Source: Phoronis australis | Lineage: Eukaryota; Animalia; Phoronida | Assembly (NCBI GenBank): GCA_002633005.1 | Contig: NMRA01000003.1 | Span: 2,504,916 to 2,568,915 of the forward strand | Length of the DNA: 64,000 nucleotides | Direction of reading: 5' to 3' | Shown: positions 27,601-40,900 of the stretch, in pieces | Layout: each line of letters opens with the position of its first letter | Numbering within the stretch: position 1 is the first letter of the stretch | The notes under the pieces: generated by a model | Database searches by the model: none | What the model was told of the DNA's origin: nothing | Seen by the model: only the letters and a program-made list of their open reading frames with translations | Translations under genes and position numbers: made by a program

Positions 27601-30600
27601 ACCCAACTACTTGAATCCTAAAAAAGTGTAAAAGTTTATTGGTTCATTAGTTTGTGGCAGTGTGAAAAGTGAAAACCAGGCCAGTATACTTGCCGAAGTT
27701 CGAACACCGTGCGACACTGAAATTAGATAAAACTGACCCTGAATGCAACATGTCACCTCAACCCCAGTAGCGTTCAAAAGGAATGAGAAACTTGTGTGGA
27801 AACCACTCACAGACAAGCATTGAGAATTCCTGCGTCATTTTAGGTAAATCTCGGACGCATGTGAACTACATGATTGCGCTTAGTTGTGACTTTTTTTAAC
27901 AGAACCAACCTAAATGTAAGTGCTTGAACTGCAGTTTGTGTTCTGAATCGTGAATCATAAGCAGCAAATTACTGAAAAGCGAAAAGTTGCCCGAGAGATC
28001 ATCCAAAACAACAAATGTTGTAACTAGATCAGGTGCTTAATAATTTTGCAATCAGTTTTGATTAGGAAGACTAGCTTCCTCAAGTTGCCGCATCACATGA
28101 TAATTGGGTTTCTAGATCACAGTAACTATGCTTGCATTGCCTGTGATACGCAAATCTGTTTCTACCTTCAACAAGAATGACTTCGAAGTGAACCATGGAT
28201 TTTAAAGGTCTCAAATTTTCAAGACGTGACAGAAGAAATGTTGGTAAATTGAACTTCTGTGCAGTTTGGATGTACGTCCTTAACATAAAAACATAATTTT
28301 AAAATCTACTGAATGACCTCCAATTGTACCGATTGACCCAAAAATTAAAATGGTCCTATAGAAATTTCAGTACCAAAACTTACAATGTATCTTCACAACA
28401 ATGCAATTTTACCAAATGATGACTGCTTTTTCTGTAAGAATGAGTCAAAGGTTTTTTTCCATCTGTACTGGTTTTGCAATATTGTAGTCTTTTAATTGGA
28501 TGACGATAAGTGAATGGATATGTCAAAAACAGATCAGTCATTTGAGGTAACACCCAAAGATATATTTTGAGCAATCTGAAATATGTAATTTAACACTTTG
28601 TCTTTGGAAACTACACATATATAAAAGAAGGCTAAAAAATCAACCAAATTTAGAAGTTGCCAAAACGGAAATCATCTACTATAATGGTGTGGAAAACTGA
28701 ATATTGTAATCACAAGAAATTCTTGGACAGGTGCACCCTTATAGCATATTTATTTTTTTGATGTAATTTGCTGTTTCCCCATGTGCATGTAGGCGTGTGT
28801 GCACGTGAATGGTGCGAGTCATAAGAAAGTTGGCTGTACATCGGTGAAATGTACTTCAATAGATTTTTACAACTATGGTGGTGGACAGAGAACCCGTCGG
28901 TATCAGAAATTTTTAGCTCTCTCTTTTTTGTGGAGTAGGGCAATTACCGCATTAGCAATTACTTCAAGGCAATAAAATTGTGTTTGGCAAGGGAAGTGTG
29001 TTTGAAGTGATGCCGGACACACATTTGGTTTATAACCTGTGAGCGCCAACAAAAGATTGCAAGAATGCTTTAACAATAACAAACTTGTTACCTGATCCCT
29101 CTGGAAGCTCATTTCGTCTGGAGTCAAAACTGTTCAGGGGACATTTTTGAATATACCAAGATACTATTCATGTTAAAAAACCTATGGAAAACCCATAGGG
29201 CCACATCTATAAATTCAAGCTGGCACATTTTACAGAATTTCATTCAGACAATCTGAGGAAGAAGCCGTTAGAGTGTGAACCTTTTTCTCTGTGTGACAAA
29301 TACCATACAAACTCATGCAATTGGAGGTGCTTTCATAAAATATAACAATAGTACATTTCTTGGATGTGCATTCCATGTAAATTGTAACAACTATAAAAAA
29401 TGTAATAACTTGTTAGTACATTTTAGGAGAGGTCTAGCAAAGGAAAACCTAAAAATATCATAAAATGTAACAGTTGGTACATTTTAGAAAACTGTTACAT
29501 TTTATGGCTATCATAGCACCCCTTCACTAAAATTGTGTCATAGTAGCATCACCAAAATAGAAAAAACATATTTTCTTCATAAAATCTTGTTTGATTATTT
29601 CAGGATGCTATGGGTGTTTCTAACATCTGTAGCCAGAAGGCACGTCTGTTGAGCAGAAGGGGACGGGGTGTTGTATCATGTGACTTCTGGGGGTGACGCA
29701 GAGTAGAATAAAGCCTCTTTAAATTACTTGCCAACAAACAATTACCTATTGGCTAAACAGTTTAACACTAAACTCACACTTACGAGGCCAGTACCCAATT
29801 TGCATTTTGCTACCGGTGGATTTTTCTATACATGCTAGCTGCACCACATTGTATCGCATGACTTCCGAGTGCGATGTATTAGAATGTTCGTTCTCCCATT
29901 CAGTGACTTTACCAGACTTAGAGCAGTTGTGAGGGTGTGATAACATCTAGCTTCTCTGTTAACTGCCCAGCACAGTCTGCTCTCTGATATGACAACATGC
30001 AGGCCAATTACCTACCAGGCTTATTACCAACTACTTGTGAACACATTCAAACGCAGTGCCTTGGTATATTCGGACATAATAGATTGTCTTAACTTCAGTT
30101 GTAGTTGGGCGATCTTGGTGATTCAAAAACAAAACATGATCAACATTTGATGATGAATTCAGAAATGTTATTGGTTTATTTTCAAACACTTTATAACTTA
30201 ACAACATAACCCTGTCAGGCTAAAAACCAGATTAGAGCAATTATCGAACAAAAGAGAGCTGACCGTCCAACCACAAATGCCAGAATGGACCTAATCAGCC
30301 TATTGGCTACAGTCGTCATCTGCCCAACTTGTTGTTGTGCTATACAATCGAACAAGTTGGACTCAACCAGAGAATGTCATAATGGTATAATCAGATGAAG
30401 CCTTGCCAGCAGGAAATTGCCTCTTGACCAAATAGTTTGGATGCTTTGCTCGCTCAATGGAGATTGTGGCAAACACGTGGCATGCAGATCAGACTTAAAA
30501 ATATTTGTGATCTACATTTCCACGCCGGTCCAAGATTTACAATGGAGATTCCAATCTCGGTATGGTGGAATTTTTTAACAACCTCTAACTAAGGGGAGAC

Positions 30601-31484
30601 CCACTAAACCTCGGGATGCTTCCATGAGGCCGATGTAGAGGGTGGCGGCCTTAGGTGGTGGTAGATCCAAGACCTCAGGAAGCATCACAGAGTTTCCCCT
30701 CGATCTTTGATTCTATAACCCAAAACAAGTTGGGAAGATGACCCTTGTAGCCAATGTCTTACACAACTGATTTACATGTTGAAATAAGTTTCATGGTAAG
30801 GTGACGAGCAACCCGGCAGAGTGAAGTCTATTTGATGTTAATCCACAACGGTTCTTAGTTTTATGATATCAGTCTTCATACAAGTAGCTGACTAGCTGTT
30901 TGCCAAGTGGCAGTTGTCGCTTGGCAAGCAATTTAGAGAGGCTCTATATGACACCATGTCACACCCCGGAACCGAAAATTCACACAAGTGTTATTCATGA
31001 AGTTATGCTTTGAAATGACAAAGAGTCATATGTGCATCGTAAATAAGCACCACCTAATGATCAACTTCACTATCATCTTCAACAAGCCGGTGTGACATAC
31101 AATCAGCGACACAGAAAATAGTAACACAACTTTTGTGCCTGTCAGTGATTTTATGTCAAAAGTTATACTAGATAATTTTGATAGTGTTCAATAAACTGGT
31201 CTTGTTCGATGAACTGGTCTTCTAATTACCAGTCCGAATCTTGGTATAGGTAGACTTTTCAACATCTACACAACTAGATAATCTAAAACATCAACACTAG
31301 TAACAACAAAATCAAATCATGAACAAGGACTAAAAAGCCATGTACCTGGACCAGCAGAAACCATGACCACATCAACTTTTTCTTCTGCAGACAGTGTCGT
31401 GATATCGCCAAAGAAAAGTTGTATTTCTCGTCTCCCCTCCGCTGTGTTGAGCGTCATGGATGAGACTCGTTTAAGATTCCCCAT
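6603..31484 (-). CDS. Gene A: macro-like domain + three tandem TIR (TIR_2-type) domains, cytosolic, ~797 aa, 12 coding exons
   Basis: Exons 5'->3': 31484-31346, 18647-18494, 17406-17265, 16232-16059, 15525-15341, 13622-13449, 12911-12664, 11667-11531, 11069-10872 (GC donor; alternative GT at 10851), 10091-9472, 7999-7894, 6719-6603 (TAA). All phases are compatible and seven exon lengths equal those of gene B (139,154,142,185,174,137,106). Motifs: EIQLFFGDIT, TPLLAAGEQ (macro); HDVYLSY..SPSYLQSSECLEQ (TIR1); YDVFISYSH..RIFFDR..SNEYIKSLVCTEE (TIR2); IGISY..TSVYTITRKTTDE..VLYPI (TIR3). Confidence 0.85.
8120..8918. mobile_element. PIF/Harbinger (Tourist-like) MITE in intron 10 of gene A
   Basis: Terminal inverted repeats GGGCTGTTCCAGTAAAATC / GATTTTGCTGGAACAGCCC, flanked on both sides by a TTA target-site duplication; no ORF. 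Confidence 0.8.
13297..13500 (-). repeat. 73-bp tandem triplication of the exon 6 3' end plus donor site of gene A
   Basis: Donors GTCAG|gt follow 13449, 13376 and 13303, exactly 73 bp apart. Confidence 0.9.
14300..14588 (-). mobile_element. tRNA-derived SINE (3' boundary approximate)
   Basis: Minus strand begins gaggcagtgccgcctagtgggataagtg (A-box-like) ...ggtcgtgggttcaagtccc (B-box); no complete cloverleaf. Confidence 0.6.
14697..15196. mobile_element. MITE family 1, copy 1
   Basis: TIRs CATGACGGCGTT / AACGCCGTAATG; internally homologous (inverted) to 53538-54092 and (direct) to ~29885-30383. Confidence 0.75.
15500..15870 (-). repeat. ~45-bp minisatellite (~8 copies) made of the intron 4/exon 5 acceptor junction of gene A
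   Basis: Unit tgtctgtttacag|gaccctcccattgtccatgrtgtacac repeats upstream of the true acceptor at 15525. Confidence 0.85.
18700..19320. repeat. ~48-bp minisatellite next to exon 2 of gene A
   Basis: Unit ~ggtcacatgttcaagttaaacttggtgtttcagtgcaccttataccac, about 12-13 copies, with a two-unit higher-order pattern at ~18950-19320. Confidence 0.85.
21321..21872. repeat. 50-bp minisatellite, ~11 near-perfect copies, running into the gap; ~3 more copies at 24061-24212
   Basis: Unit ctagtgattagccctacacttgtaactggttgtggtagtttgttgaaaga, with no spacers. Confidence 0.95.
21873..22064. other. Assembly gap (192 N)
   Basis: Run of N. Confidence 0.99.
26448..26706. mobile_element. MITE family 2, copy 1
   Basis: TIRs AATCGTCGTGAG / CTCACGACAATT; inverted homologous copy at 38306-38568. 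Confidence 0.7.
29885..30383. mobile_element. MITE family 1, degenerate copy
   Basis: Shares gattgtcttaacttc..ttgggcgatcttggtgattcaaaa..attagagcaattatcgaacaaaagag with 14697-15196. Confidence 0.65.
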
Positions 31485-31995
31485 AGTGTCTGAGTCTTGG
31501 CTTCTCAATGCCACAAAATGTGCGATTTCGCAACAGTCACATATCAACAAGTGTAAGTCGACTGTTTACATTTCCGCGTCCAAACGTATTCTCCTCCTTT
31601 CACAAAGAACAGAGATATGCTGACACCTGTTGTTGAAAATGCAAAAGCAGAGATCATTGAAACTGCTGAGATGAAGCTCGAATGAAACCTCTTTAATTTT
31701 ACCATTGCATCGAGAGGCCTTCTCATAATTTAAGCAAATTAAACAGACTATTATACCTACTATCCGTTAATCTTCTCCTCCCTCACTGCACCTATAGTGC
31801 TGGTTCCCAGGGCTCACCTCTGACGTCACGCATACCGTGCGAAGCCAACCAATCTAAGTGGAGGAGTAAGCGGTTTCTTCCTGCGGAGATAGAAAAGTGC
31901 TGTCAACAAATCATGTTGATTGATTGGGAAACAGGAGTGGTTGTCATGCTTCATGAACGAATTTTTCCGATGTCTTGTTACCAACAAAATTAACC
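31485..31995. promoter_or_regulatory. Putative bidirectional promoter/5' UTRs shared by genes A and B
   Basis: 511 bp between divergent ATGs; palindromic CRE TGACGTCA at 31821-31828, CCAAT at 31849-31853, inverted CCAAT (ATTGG) at 31923-31927, ETS-like CAGGAAG on minus at 31877-31883. Confidence 0.6.
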
Positions 31996-34900
31996 ATGGC
32001 CAAGTTAGAAGTCGTTGACACCATTAAGGTGTACACAACTGAAGGGGAGCGCGAGATTCAACTCTTGTTTGGCGATATAACTAAGCTCCCCGTGGAAGAC
32101 AAGGTGGATGTCATCATGGTGTCGGCTTTTCCTGGTAAATTCTATTTCTCGTCTTCGCATTCAGTGTTGAACAACATTAACAAATTCGAAATGGTAATTG
32201 TTTACAATATGACGACATTGACTTACAGTATGATTTTGGTATCATTCGATTCCTTGCAACGTTATCTTTCCAAAAATAATCAGAATTTTTTCCTACCCCT
32301 TTCCCTTAGTAATATGAAATTTCTGCTCCCACTATTTCCCAGTACGCGGTAGTAATACCGCCATGTTGAGTGGAAGGAGTCACCTGGCGGTCAAAACTTG
32401 AACTAATCTACCGACTTCTGCAGATCGTCGCTTTTCATAAGGTCAAATTGATCGAGACCCGTCGATCCCCTGCCCGAGTTACGAGGGTTAGAATTCGATC
32501 CATGGTGACCCTGGTATGCATCTGGTAGCAAGAATCCGCGAAAAAAGCGGAGGTAATTTTGAAGTCTAAATTGGTGAAAAGGGTATCACTTCAGACAACT
32601 TCGTGGAAAAATGGTCAAATGGTCAGTCAAATTATAAAAAAATTGGAAAAGGTGAAAGAATAAACCAAGTGGTATTGTTAACTATGATCAGCGTTTGTAA
32701 TTCCTCCGAGTATATCAATACGTATAGTTGTTTATTTTCAATCCGTAACCAATGTTTGTAGTTTTTAGCTTATTTAAGTTCATCAATATTTAAAAATCGA
32801 AAACTAGACTATGTTATTTTTTTCCAGCAGAATACCACCGTAATAATCATTTTAAACAAAAATCATTGTTTTTTGCATTTTGAAAGTTTGCTAGTATGTA
32901 TGGGCAGAGAGATTTACTACAGTTATGGCCGGGTAATTATACTTAGTTGGGTCTTGCTTTCACTGGACATTGCAGTCATCACAACTGTGTCTCGCTTAAT
33001 GACGCCGCGCTCGCTTTGATCCTGGTACATACAAGCCGCTTCAAACAAGGCTGAAGGAGCAGAGCGGTTTACATTGTACACTGAAAATAGCGATTTTTAA
33101 CTGGCAATGACTTGAAATTGAATTCCATGTGAAAAGCTGGCTTAGGATTAATTTTTTTCTTACAAAAATTATGGATTAGCCAAAAACAATGTTATTTGAT
33201 TCCATTTGTTGACAACTAGTGTACTTCATTTAAGACATACCATTGTAATGGTGCGTAAGCATGGCACAAAACAAGATGTTATGCAAACATACCATTGTAA
33301 TGGTGCGTAAGCATGGCACAAATCAAGATGCTATGCAAACATACCATTGTAATGGTGCGTAAGCATGGCACAAATCAAGATGCTATGCAAACATACCATT
33401 GTAATGGTGCGTAAGCATGGCACAAATCAAGATGCTATGCAAACATACCATTGTAATGGTGCGTAAGCATGGCACAAATCGAGATGCTATGAAGTATTTT
33501 TGGTTGGCATGTGAAGATTAAGGATGCTGGTATAATTTTTTATGACAAGTTTGGTGTTTGTTGCTCCAGGACTGGGCTTTAGGGAATTGTAGCTTTTATG
33601 TAGTGTCGCAGCTATGGAAGCGTTTCCACCCTCTGAAATCTAGAGAAGCAGGCTTTTCAAAAACTTTTGTTGCAAATGACGTTCTCTTGTATTCCAGCCT
33701 TTAGAATTAATTCCGGTGTCTAGGAATCACTGTGAAATAGTTTTTTTTTCAGTTGCATCTGCCGTCAAAGATCTAGCTGACTACCCCTTTCAAAACGTGA
33801 CTTGCAGTCAGCAAACCTCAAGCTAATGACTTAGTGCTCACTTTGTGGAGGCAACGATTGATGTGAGATAAATTTCTATGAGGCACAAAGCTACAATTTG
33901 TGGCTCTCTATCTGTGGACTGGCCTTTTGTAAAATTGTTTGTAATCATCTACCATATTATACTGACAGGCGACTACTCTGCCACGCCTACCTCTGTGATT
34001 GGTGCACTGAAAAGAAATTTGAATCTGAGTGTTAGAGATCTTGCCAAAGACAAACAGGAAGACCTAAGGAGACACTTCTGTTGCTGGTGGTCTAAGCCTC
34101 TGCCTGAGAGTATCCCATACAGGTAACTTACCTTTAGTCTGAAGGGATTTGTGTCGCACATTGTAATCTGTTTGATGTAAAGGTGAACAAACGGAATCTG
34201 TTAGCTAATTTAATTTGAAGACTAGTTTGTTGCTGGAAGATTGTGGATTTTTACCAGTCTAGGAGGCTTAAGACAAATAATCGTTTGCACAGTTTAGATA
34301 ATGTTTAATCTCAACTAGATACAATGAATTGCTGAGTGTATAAGTGCAACAACTTGCTATAGTTACAATAATTGGTGGTGTCTTTAATTGAGCTTTGCTA
34401 TGTGCAAGTTTTTCAGGTGGTTATGTGTATTATTGTCTTTGCTTCAGACGTTTACTGTGTTTTGAGCGAATAGGACATGGAGGAAGGCATCCATCGCAGC
34501 TGGTAGGTGAAGTGTTCAGAGCCATGTTTCCTGTTTTCAATAACCAGGAGAGCACTGTCATCACGCCTCTCTTGGCAGCAGGAGATCAGGTAGGCAGTAG
34601 TGCAGGGCAATGGTCTGATATAACGTGCCCGTATTTTGAGAACCGGTTTGATGTCCGTTATTCAGTGGAGAAAACTGGTTCTCAAAATTCGGGCACATTA
34701 TATCTGACCATTTCCTTAGTGCAGGTGTGTATGCATAGTTGGGTCTTGGTATTGTATTCTCTAATAACTGTTGTCTGTGAAACAGTAATGGATTTTCAAT
34801 TTAATGTTGTGCAATTAATGTAGGGTAATACTTTATATGACCGCCTTTTCTTCCATGCAGTTCATGTATAGATGCATTATTTTGTTGCGTCCTTGGTGGT

Positions 34901-37900
34901 TGGTGCATTCATATGTGTTTTACCACCACTAACATGTTTGTATTGATTCTGTTAATTTGATAACTCAAGGATAATCGTTTAACCACCTGATGCCTGTTGT
35001 ATCGCATAGCGCACTTTGCTTGATGTTGAATACCTCTTAATGTTATCAAAAAAATGTTTTGCCTTCAAAATTCTTTTTTGGAAATAGCATTGGAATCTCT
35101 AGAAAACCCAACACATTTTTTGCATGTATAGAAATTCATTTTGTTTGTTGTTTCATTTGATAGTAACCCCTTGGTTTCCATATTTTCAAGTAATGCTTCT
35201 TTTCAAAACATTTAGTTGTGTAAGCTACATTTTGCATGTTCAATACAGTTTCCTAAAGGAACAAAGCTTTTTTAAATACCAATTTAATTTTTTAAAAATA
35301 TTTTAGAATATGGTTACACCCATATTATTTCTGTGAATTAGAACCAAATTTTCCGGGTAAATAAAAAATCCTGAATTATTTTTTAACGGAATGAACTGGA
35401 ATGATCACTGATTTATGTTCACTTTCTGGTTTTCCTCATGTTTCCATTCTTTTCCTGAACAAATATGTGTTCATTACATTTTGGCAACTTTCAGTCTCTT
35501 TTTTATTACAAACCAAGTGTAAGAAAATGCAATAAAGGTGTTGAGAATTAGCCCTGAAAGCAAATTGTTACGTCTAGACTTGTCTCTAAAATCATCCTTG
35601 CATGTCGGTCAGTACAAGACAACTGTGAAACAGGAGTGGTTTCCGCTATTTACAAATTATACTTCTGCTTGCAACATGTCTCTGCCTTCCATCATATTAA
35701 ATCCTTTAAAGGTTAACTTCTGTTTTGAACTACCCAAGAAAGAGTGCTTGTTTGGGTGTCTTGATTGGTGTATTTGAGGAGCACTTAATATGTAGTTTTC
35801 CCAGTCTTTTTGTCCAGCTATAGACTTCATTTTTATGCGTCCACATATTTATATGTGAACACATTATGCCATCATCTTTGTCCGTCCATCCATCCGTCCG
35901 TCCGGCGTCAGTCCGTCCGGCATCCATTCGGCATCCGCTGCTCTATCTCCAAAACCCTTTGACATACATTCATGAGATTTTGCACATGGGTTTCTTTCAT
36001 GAATGGGACAGAATAAGTGAACTTTCGGACGGATCCGACTATCGGTGTGCCCCTTAGTGGCAATTTAAGTTTTTTACGCTTACCTCTATATCTTCAAAGG
36101 TCCTCAACGAATTTCATAAATTTTGGCATATAGACATCTATTTGTGAGATGACGCTACCCTCTCGTTTACGGATGGATTCGAGGTAGTTTGCACCACCTA
36201 GTGGCCATTTTTCCTGTTTTTGAGTCTGTTTTTTGGCGTCCACCCGTCTATCAACCAAACTGCTCGAAGGATGACTGTTAAAATTGGCATGTATGTTCTT
36301 ACTATGAAGGGACGGCTGGCGATGATTTTCCGACAATTTTAACTACTGTGACGCCTCCTGGTGGCAGTTTTGTTTTTTGGTGCCCATGACTATTTCCTAA
36401 ACCGTTGGCAGGATCTTTACTAAATTTAGCTGGTATATTTATATGATGTTGGCAATGGATGGTGACGACTTTCGAACGGATCTGATTACCGGTGTGCCCC
36501 CTAGTGGCAATTATAGTTTTTACGTTTACCTCTGTATCTTCAAAGGTCCTCAACGTATTTTCATAAAATTTGGCATATAGGCCTCTATTTGTGAGATAAT
36601 GCTATCCTCTCGTTTTCTTGTGGATTTGACATATTTTGCACCACCTAGTGGCCATTTTTACTGTTTTTACTCTGCTTTTTGGCGTCCACCCCTCTATCAA
36701 CCAAATGGCTCTCAGGATGATTGTGAAAATTAGCATGTATGTTCTTACTACAAAGCTGATGATTTTCAGATGACTGACTACTGTGGCGCCTCCTAGTGGC
36801 AGTTTTATTTTTTGCCCCCATTGGTGTATCTCCTAAACCGTTTGCAGGGTTTTTGCTAAATTTAGCAAGTGTATTTATATGATGTTGACAATGGATGACA
36901 ACAACTTTTGGATGGATCTGACTACCAGTGTGCACCCTAGTGGCAATTTTAGTTTTCTGGGTTTACCTCTGTATCTTCAAAGGTCCTTCGACGGATTTTC
37001 AGAAAATTTGGAGTATAGGCATCTATTGGTGAGATGCTATCCACCCGTTTTCGGATGGAATCGAGGTACTTTGCGCCACCTAGTGGCCATTTTTCCTGTT
37101 TTCAAGTACGTTTTTTGGCGTCCACCCCTCCATAAACCAAATCATTCTAAAGATTTTGAAAATTGGCTTGCATGTTCTCAGTGTGAATGAAGAGGACAGT
37201 TCTCGATAACGAATTCGACTACTGTGGCGCCTGCTTGGCGTACTTTTGCTTGGTTTTGCGCTCATAGCTTCATCTCCTAAACACACTGCAGGATCATTAT
37301 TAAATTTAGTAATTGTATTTATATGAAGCTATCAACAGATGATGACGTCTTACAGGCAGATCCAATGAACGCTGTGCCCCATAGTGACAATTTCATTTTT
37401 TTCTGTTTTCCTACGGTTTCTCTGAAGTTCCTTGACAGATTTTTATGAAATAGCTTTCTATTAAAGAAGCCATGGCATGTTACAGTTTTCAGATGGATTG
37501 GACGTTTTTGCGCCATCTAGTGGCTATTTTTATGAAACACATAAACAACCTTAGAAGCACACCGTTTGCGGTGCATTTGTGGGCATTTTTCAATGCTCCG
37601 CATTGCTCTTGTTTCATCTTTTGGCATAAAACCAAAGACTCTTTGTTGTAATATCCTATGTACACAGGATTTTTAGCTCAAGTAATGACTCTTTGTTTTA
37701 ATATCCTATGTTCACAGGGTTTTTCAGCACAAGTAATGATGACTTCTATGGTAAATGCTGCAGCCAGGTGGATGAGACATGGTCTCCCTCTTACCAGTCT
37801 GAAGGTGGTGGTCTACAGAGGGGACAGGACTCTTGCCCAGGCATTTGATGGCTTGAAGAAAAAGTGGGAGGCTATGAAAGAAGTGCTTGATGTTGTGAGT

Positions 37901-40900
37901 AGTTGGGCTTATTTACAGTGGGATGTCTTGGGTCTAGTAATTAATTAATTATTCAACACATGATAATGTTTGTGTGTGCTGTTGTTGCCTAATTCAATAT
38001 ATTGCTAAAAGGCAGTCTCGTATTTGTAGCCCATGTTAAAACATCTTCAGATTGTGTCAAAACTAATTGCTGAATTTGATCTGTTTGCATTCTAAAGCTA
38101 AACAATTGAGTTAGAACTGGAGCAATTATGGAATATGTTTTTCATTGATCAGTTGTTGCTCGTTTCAATAGACATCAAGCATTAACTGTGAAAATGAGGT
38201 GACAGGGCAATAGCCTGATATTTGAGAACCAGTTTGATGCCCGTTATTCAATAGAGAGATCTGGTTCTCAAAGTGCAGGCACGTTGTATCAGACTCATAT
38301 CGTGGAATTGTCATGAGAACTTGACTGGGACCACAGGGGTCTCACGCTCCACTGGCTTATCTACACTAATTTGAAAAGGCTTTGTCCAGTCACGCCTTGT
38401 GGGTCATCAATCGAGATAATGCAAGTTATGTTTCTTCAGGCAGCTCTTATCACCAAACTATGGGTTTCACGGGCAATCAAATGTAATTGGTCAACGCATA
38501 GATCTGTGACCCCAGACCATCCAGAGTTGCCCCATTGACAACTCATGACGGTCTCTCACGACGATTTAACGTTACCGATAATTTGAATTAAAATTCTAGA
38601 GTGTATTATTTAGTTATTAAAATTATTATGATTACTATAAATATTTAAAAGTTTACTGTGCCACTCAACTAAAAGTTATCAGTGACACTTATAAAACAAA
38701 AGAAGAAGCTAAAACTACAGGCTGCAATACAAATAATGAACCATAAAAATAATAAAAAATAAATAATGGAATTAACGTTAAGATCTGCACATACAAATAA
38801 TCTAAACAAGCACACTCCATTCGATTTCGAAGTAAGGACCAAAATTATTAAAAAGCCCCCTCACCTGACTCTTGTTCATACTCGTGGTTAACAACAAATG
38901 TATTGGTGTAAGATGACCTTGTTTTAGATGTTTTGTAACCTGGTCATATTTTCGTCAAAGACAGAATATTACTCTAGCAACTTTGAAGTTTCTGTAATCT
39001 AGATAATATAATGTGAGGTATTCTAAAAAGTAAGTTGTTGCCATAATTCAAATGTGAGGTGATAAATGCCATTACTAAAGACTGATGTTTTACCTAGGGA
39101 TGGGCACTTTACATCATGTTCCTAGTCAAGGAGGGTGTGAGGGATTTGCAAACATCTCACACTGACCGCTGAGGTCAGTTCAGGTCCATCTCAGCTGGAA
39201 AAGTATGTTTTAACTGATTCTGAAAGAATCTATGAGGTAAACAGCTGATGGCCCGGAAAGTGGAAAATTGGAGGTTACAGGAGGATAGACAAAATTAAGG
39301 CAACAAGTTGACCAACCACACAGTTTGGCACATCGCTAAGTGTAATACCTGGCTTTGGGCATGTGCAACGTTATAGCCTAGATAAAGTTTCATGTCATTA
39401 AAATTGGTTGGCTAAAGCCTTAACAGTGTATGTAAATAAGGGATGATCACGGTTCACCTACAATGACATACAGTTTATTACCACTAAAGGGTATGATTAA
39501 TGGACTTGACAGTACAGGTGAATCACTTATTGTTCAATAGGATGTTTGCATTAGACAGCTGTCAGAGCCAACACAGCCAGTATAAATATGTACTGTTGTA
39601 CGTGTTCTTCATGTAAAATGACTTTGATTTTCAGTTTTGTGTGATAAATGTTTACTTAATTCTGAGACAAATAATTGTAGCCGAAATTATCATTTTTCAA
39701 AGCTGATTACCCTGCTGCAAATATTGGAAAGGTTACATTACCAAATGTTTTTAAAATTTATTGTTCACTGTTGCATGTTAGTATCCAGGACTACGTCTGT
39801 TTGCGTCTCACAATGCCGTTGGCTCAATTTCTCAAGACAGAAGCTTTAGATTTTGCTCATATTTTAAACTGAGCATCAACTCCAAGCGCAAGTTAGTTTT
39901 TGTAGGACAGATCAATCTATGTCATGGACTAAAACTTTTATTATTTTTACTTTCGTTGAGAAATTTGACAAAATAAATTTTCAATTGTCTGCCACATTAC
40001 ATTGGTGAAAAATTGCCGTAAGTATCCCCATTTTGAGTTAATTCCGATAATTTCTACATAATATTATTGCTACGTAAGTACTGGACTGCTTTTAAACTTT
40101 TTTATTCTTTTTTATTGCTACAAAGAACATATTAAATACACAGACATGAAAGACAAAATATGCAAGCAGTTCTCACTCTTAACACACCCACACGCACGCA
40201 CGAACCCACACACGCACACGCCCCCTCAACATACCCACCCACTTTAGGACTGCTTTTAAACTTATGGTGTTTTCGCTAATGTAGAGTTACTGATTGAAAT
40301 TGAATCCGATATTTTGCCATCGAAATGCAGGAACCATCGATCAAGTATGATGTTTATCTGTCGTACTGTAAAGAAGACCAGTCAAGGGTGGATGAAATTA
40401 AAAGTTTTCTAGAAAGTGAGAAGAAAGATCTGAAGGTGTTTGCCCAGCATCAAGTCCTTGATGAACAGTCAGAATTCCAAGAGGAGATATTCAATGTTAT
40501 GATCACTTGTGTCAAGTGAGTAATTGTAAAATATAAATTTCTGTTATTTATCTTTACCAAGTGAATTGTGTGTTTTCTATTTGACATTAAAAAAATGTGA
40601 GCGCAGTCCTAGAAATCGCTGTCACATGATCCATGTTCTCATTCACCCCAGTGCATACAGTCACTAGTAAGACCGAGCTTAGAGGAGTAGGAGACATCTT
40701 TGTGCTATGCTCGATTGTCAGCCAGTAAAGCTAGTATTCAAACCCGAGTCTCCCAAATGGGAGTCTGGAGCTCAGACCACTCAGCCACACTGTATCCTCA
40801 CTATTTGACATTGAGACGGGTATCTGTCCTAAAGCGGTCTGACGGTAGCAGTCGAAATAACAAGTCATGTTTTAATTAAAAATTGAACATTGAATTTCCA

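Noticed and set aside
35730-37516. Cluster of short ORFs (also 59841-61233)
   Set aside because: All lie within HINE internal repeats; no transposase or helicase motifs.
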